DNA of 64,000 nt from an uncultured delta proteobacterium (GTDB lineage: Bacteria > Myxococcota_A > Polyangia > Fen-1088): NCBI GenBank assembly GCA_963767925.1, contig CAVYGB010000010.1, positions 96,001-160,000 of the forward strand, written 5' to 3'. Numbering within the stretch: the first letter of the stretch is position 1; every line of letters begins with the position of its first letter. The notes under the pieces were generated by a model that made no database searches, was not told where the DNA came from, and saw nothing but the letters and a program-made list of their open reading frames with translations. Of the stretch, positions 60,765 through 64,000 are shown piece by piece. A program made the translations under genes and the position numbers.

Positions 60765-62011
60765 GGCCACCGCGACCGCTGCTGGCGGCGGCCCTGACCA
60801 CCCTCCTGCTGGCGGGGGCCTGCGGCCGCGACCGGGAGGCGGAGGTGCCGGTGGTGACGGTGCGCAAGCAGACCTTCTCCCGGGTCGTCGAGGCCGACGG
60901 CTATCTGCGCCCGGTGAAGGCGACGCCGCTCTCGGTCCCCTCGGACGCCGACATCCCCCTGCGCATCACCTGGCTGGCCCGCGACGGGGCCGCCGTGAAG
61001 AAGGGCGAGGTGGTGGCCCGCTTCGACGACCTCGAGCTGCGCGCCCGGCTGGCCGACGGACAGTCCGACAAGCAGGTAGCCGCCGCCAAGCAGACGCGCG
61101 AGGCGGTGCTGCTCGACACGGCGACCCGGGACCGCCGGCGCACCACCGAGGCCGCCGGCCGCGAGCTGTCGGTGACCCGATCGTTCCAGCCCCGCGACAG
61201 CAGCATCTTCTCGCGCGACCAGATCGTGGAGAGCGCGATCGACGAGGAGCTGCAGAACGCCAAGGTCGATCACGCCCGGGCCAGCGAGACCATCGACCGG
61301 CGGCTGGGCGGCAACAAGCTGGCCCTCATCGGGGTGGAGGCCCGCAAGGCCGAGGAGGCCATCCGGCGGGCCAACCAGGGGCTCACCGGCCTGGAGGTGA
61401 GGGTCCCCGAGGACGGCGTGTTCAGCCTCAAGCGGGGCTGGATGGGGGCCACCTTGCAGGTGGGGGACACGGTCTGGCAGGGCATGAGCATCGGCGAGCT
61501 GTCCCGCATGGAGGAGCTCGAGGCGGAGGTGTTCGTGCTGGAGGTGGAGGCGGCCGGGCTGGCCGGCGGCCGGCGGGCCGAGGTCGTGGTCGAGGCCCAG
61601 GCCGGGCGGGTGTTTCCCGGGAAGATCAAGCAGGTCGAGACGGTGGCCAAGCGGCGCCAGCAGAAGTCGCCCACCCAGTACTTCGGGGTCGTGTTGACCC
61701 TCGCGCGGAGCGATCCGGCCCTCATGAAGCCCGGGCAGACGGTGCGGGCCCGCCTGTTCCTGCACGAGCAGCAGGCGCTCGTGTTGCCCCGCCCCGCGCT
61801 GCACGATCGGGACGGCCGCTGGATCGTCTACCGGCGCGAGGCGGGCGGGACCTTCGCCCCGGTGCCGGTCAAGATCGGCCCCTCCACCGCCGGCGTCTGC
61901 ACCATCGAATCCGGCCTGAAAGAGAACGACGTGGTGGCCCTGCGCGATCCCGGGCGAGCCCCCGGCGACCTGCTGGCCAGCCCCGGCACCCGCTCCCGCC
62001 CCGCCCGCTGA
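60761..62011 (+). CDS. Periplasmic adaptor (membrane fusion) subunit 3
   Basis: Lipobox AGAC; DGAAVKKGE, coiled coil, MKPGQ, GLKENDVV. Confidence 0.9.
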   Translation: MRPPRPLLAAALTTLLLAGACGRDREAEVPVVTVRKQTFSRVVEADGYLRPVKATPLSVPSDADIPLRITWLARDGAAVKKGEVVARFDDLELRARLADGQSDKQVAAAKQTREAVLLDTATRDRRRTTEAAGRELSVTRSFQPRDSSIFSRDQIVESAIDEELQNAKVDHARASETIDRRLGGNKLALIGVEARKAEEAIRRANQGLTGLEVRVPEDGVFSLKRGWMGATLQVGDTVWQGMSIGELSRMEELEAEVFVLEVEAAGLAGGRRAEVVVEAQAGRVFPGKIKQVETVAKRRQQKSPTQYFGVVLTLARSDPALMKPGQTVRARLFLHEQQALVLPRPALHDRDGRWIVYRREAGGTFAPVPVKIGPSTAGVCTIESGLKENDVVALRDPGRAPGDLLASPGTRSRPAR

Positions 62012-62017
62012 ACCCCC

Positions 62018-63241
62018 ATGAAAGCCCTCGACGCCCTCCTGTTCGCCCTCGAGAACCTCTCCTCGCGCCGCCTGCGCACGGGGCTGTCCACCCTGGGGAT
62101 GATGTTCGGGGTGGCGGCTGTCATCGCCATGCTCTCCATCGGCGCCGGCGCCGAGCGGCGGGCGCTCGAGATGATCGAGCGGCTCGGCATCCAGAACGTG
62201 CTCGTCAAGTCCAAGGAGGTGCCCCCCTCGGAGCGGGCCGAGGCGCGCAAGAAGTCCATGGGCCTCGCCCGCCGCGACGCCGCCGCCATCGCCGAGGCGG
62301 TGCCCCACGTGGCCCTGGTAGCGCCCCGGGCCAAGGTGGAGGCCTACAAGATCATCTCCGACGGAGAGAAGGCCCAGGCCCGCATCTGGGGCGTCACCCA
62401 CCGCCACTCCGAGGCCGCCCGCCTCGACCTGCTCGAGGGGCGGTTCTTCGACGAGGACGACGACCGCACCCACGCCCAGGTCTGTGTCATCGGGGCGGGC
62501 GTGCGGCGCGATCTGTTCGCGGCCGGCGAGGCGGTCGGCCGCTTCGTCAAGGTCAACGACCTGTGGCTGCGGGTGATCGGGGTGCTGGCCCCCGACGCCT
62601 TCGGGGCGCGCGGGGGCGGCGCCGAGGGAGACGGCGACATCTACCTGCCGCTCGCCACCTTGACCCGCAAGCTCGAGCGCGACCCGCTCGACCCGCCCCT
62701 CGACGAGATCGTCGTGCGGCTCGACCGCAACGCCGTCCCCCACGAGAGCGGGGCCGTCATCGCCGGGCTGCTGAGCCAGCTCCACGGCGGGGTGGACGAC
62801 TACGAGATCGTCGTGCCCGAGGCGCTGCTGGCCCAGAGCCGGGAGACGCAGCGGATCTTCAGCATCGTCATGGGCTGCATCGCCGGCATCTCGCTCCTGG
62901 TGGGCGGCATCGGGATCATGAACATCATGCTGGCCTCGGTCTTCGAGCAGACGCGCGAGATCGGGGTCCGGCGCGCGGTGGGGGCCCTCCGCCGCGACAT
63001 CCGCTTCCAGTTCCTCGTCGAGTCGTTCCTGGTGGCGGGGCTGGGCGGCGCCTGCGGGGTCGGACTGGGGCTGGGCATATCCTACGTGGTGGCCACCTAC
63101 GCCGGCTGGCCCACCGTGGTGACGCCGCTGGCGATCCTCCTCTCGACCGGCGTCTCGGGCGCGGTGGGCCTGTTCTCCGGTCTCTACCCCGCCATCCGGG
63201 CCAGCCGGCTCGACCCCATCGAGGCACTCGCGCACCAATGA
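62018..63241 (+). CDS. MacB/FtsX-type ABC permease
   Basis: RT.LSTLG..FGVAAVIAM, GRFF, AGISLLVGGIGIMNIML..V.E.TREIGVRRAVGA, QFLVES, PA.RAS.LDPIEAL. Confidence 0.96.
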   Translation: MKALDALLFALENLSSRRLRTGLSTLGMMFGVAAVIAMLSIGAGAERRALEMIERLGIQNVLVKSKEVPPSERAEARKKSMGLARRDAAAIAEAVPHVALVAPRAKVEAYKIISDGEKAQARIWGVTHRHSEAARLDLLEGRFFDEDDDRTHAQVCVIGAGVRRDLFAAGEAVGRFVKVNDLWLRVIGVLAPDAFGARGGGAEGDGDIYLPLATLTRKLERDPLDPPLDEIVVRLDRNAVPHESGAVIAGLLSQLHGGVDDYEIVVPEALLAQSRETQRIFSIVMGCIAGISLLVGGIGIMNIMLASVFEQTREIGVRRAVGALRRDIRFQFLVESFLVAGLGGACGVGLGLGISYVVATYAGWPTVVTPLAILLSTGVSGAVGLFSGLYPAIRASRLDPIEALAHQ

Positions 63242-64000
63242 AGACGACCCGTCCCGCCCCCCTCCTCGCGCTGCTGGCCCTGGCCACCGCCCCGCTCGCC
63301 CCGCTGCAGGCCCAGCCTCCCGCCGCCGCGACCCCCGCCCCTTACGTCGCGCCGGAGTACATCCGCAAGCCCCCCACCCTGCCCCCCCACCTGGCGGATC
63401 AGAAGGCGCGGCAGCTCACCCTCTCCGAGGCGATCGAGACCTCCCTGCGGCGCAACCTCGCCCTGGCCCTGGTGCGCGAGCAGGTGCGGGCGGTCGACAC
63501 CGGGCCCGCCCTCGCCGGATCGGCCTTCGAGCCGGTGCTCTCCGGCTCGGTGGGCCGGGGGACCTCCCGCTCACCCCCCAGCACCCTCCAGGAGGGGGAG
63601 GCCGGCCGCGTGTTCGAGAGCACGCGCGACGAGTGGTCCCTCTCGCTCGCCCAGCGGCTGCCCACCGGCACCGAGCTGCGCCTCGGCTTCCTCGACAGCC
63701 GCTTCGAGAGCGCGCTCGGCACCGCGGTGGCCCCCGAGGTCTTCCGCTCGAGCCTCTCGCTCGATCTGGTGCAGCCGCTGCTGCGCGACTTCTCCTTCTC
63801 CGGGCGGATCCAGCAGGCGCCGGTCCTGCGCGCCGAGTTCAGCAGCGCGACCGCCCGCGAGGATGCCCGCCTGCGAGCCATGTTGACCGTGAAGGCCACC
63901 GAGGACGCCTACTGGGGCCTGGTCGAGAGCTGGAAGGCCTACGAGGTCAACCTCGGCGCGCACCGCCTGGCCGAGGACCAGCTCGCCCTGACCCGACGGC
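63238..64000 (+). CDS. TolC-family outer-membrane efflux protein (runs off window)
   Basis: ATGA overlap at 63238; signal peptide, LTLSEAIETSLRRN, QRLPTG, LVQPLLR, TEDAYWGL. Confidence 0.88.
   Translation, partial: MKTTRPAPLLALLALATAPLAPLQAQPPAAATPAPYVAPEYIRKPPTLPPHLADQKARQLTLSEAIETSLRRNLALALVREQVRAVDTGPALAGSAFEPVLSGSVGRGTSRSPPSTLQEGEAGRVFESTRDEWSLSLAQRLPTGTELRLGFLDSRFESALGTAVAPEVFRSSLSLDLVQPLLRDFSFSGRIQQAPVLRAEFSSATAREDARLRAMLTVKATEDAYWGLVESWKAYEVNLGAHRLAEDQLALTRR

Overview
A very GC-rich, gene-dense bacterial chromosome segment. The gene repertoire (Cys-rich and Pro/Asp-rich lipoproteins, OmpA with thrombospondin-3 repeats, a large soluble Ser/Thr kinase, a DUF1592/DUF1552 pair) suggests Myxococcota; this is inference. 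I can support about 55 protein genes or gene remnants and two tandem tRNA-Ser genes, but no CRISPR array, integrase or transposase. Four things stand out. (1) 46.4-55.3 kb is an apparently uncharacterised sulfation module: cysC sits divergent from an operon encoding a non-canonical sulfatase-fold lipoprotein, two paralogous alkaline-phosphatase-superfamily enzymes predicted on opposite sides of the membrane, a small 'LxxLGY'-tailed protein, a DUF106/EMC3-like membrane protein and a PAPS-type sulfotransferase. (2) A chromosomal dihydropteroate synthase carries the Sul1-3 signature DPGMGFFLG, with no mobile context. (3) A surface-glycan operon (8.5-15.3 kb) contains a plant-type UDP-apiose/UDP-xylose synthase, a GT2 and an AlgJ/AlgX-like acetyltransferase. 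(4) A MacB-type exporter has three adaptor subunits in tandem. A cluster of about a dozen single-base indels at 20.1-22.9 kb looks like a local assembly or read-quality problem. All family assignments come from motifs recognised by eye; no database search was run.
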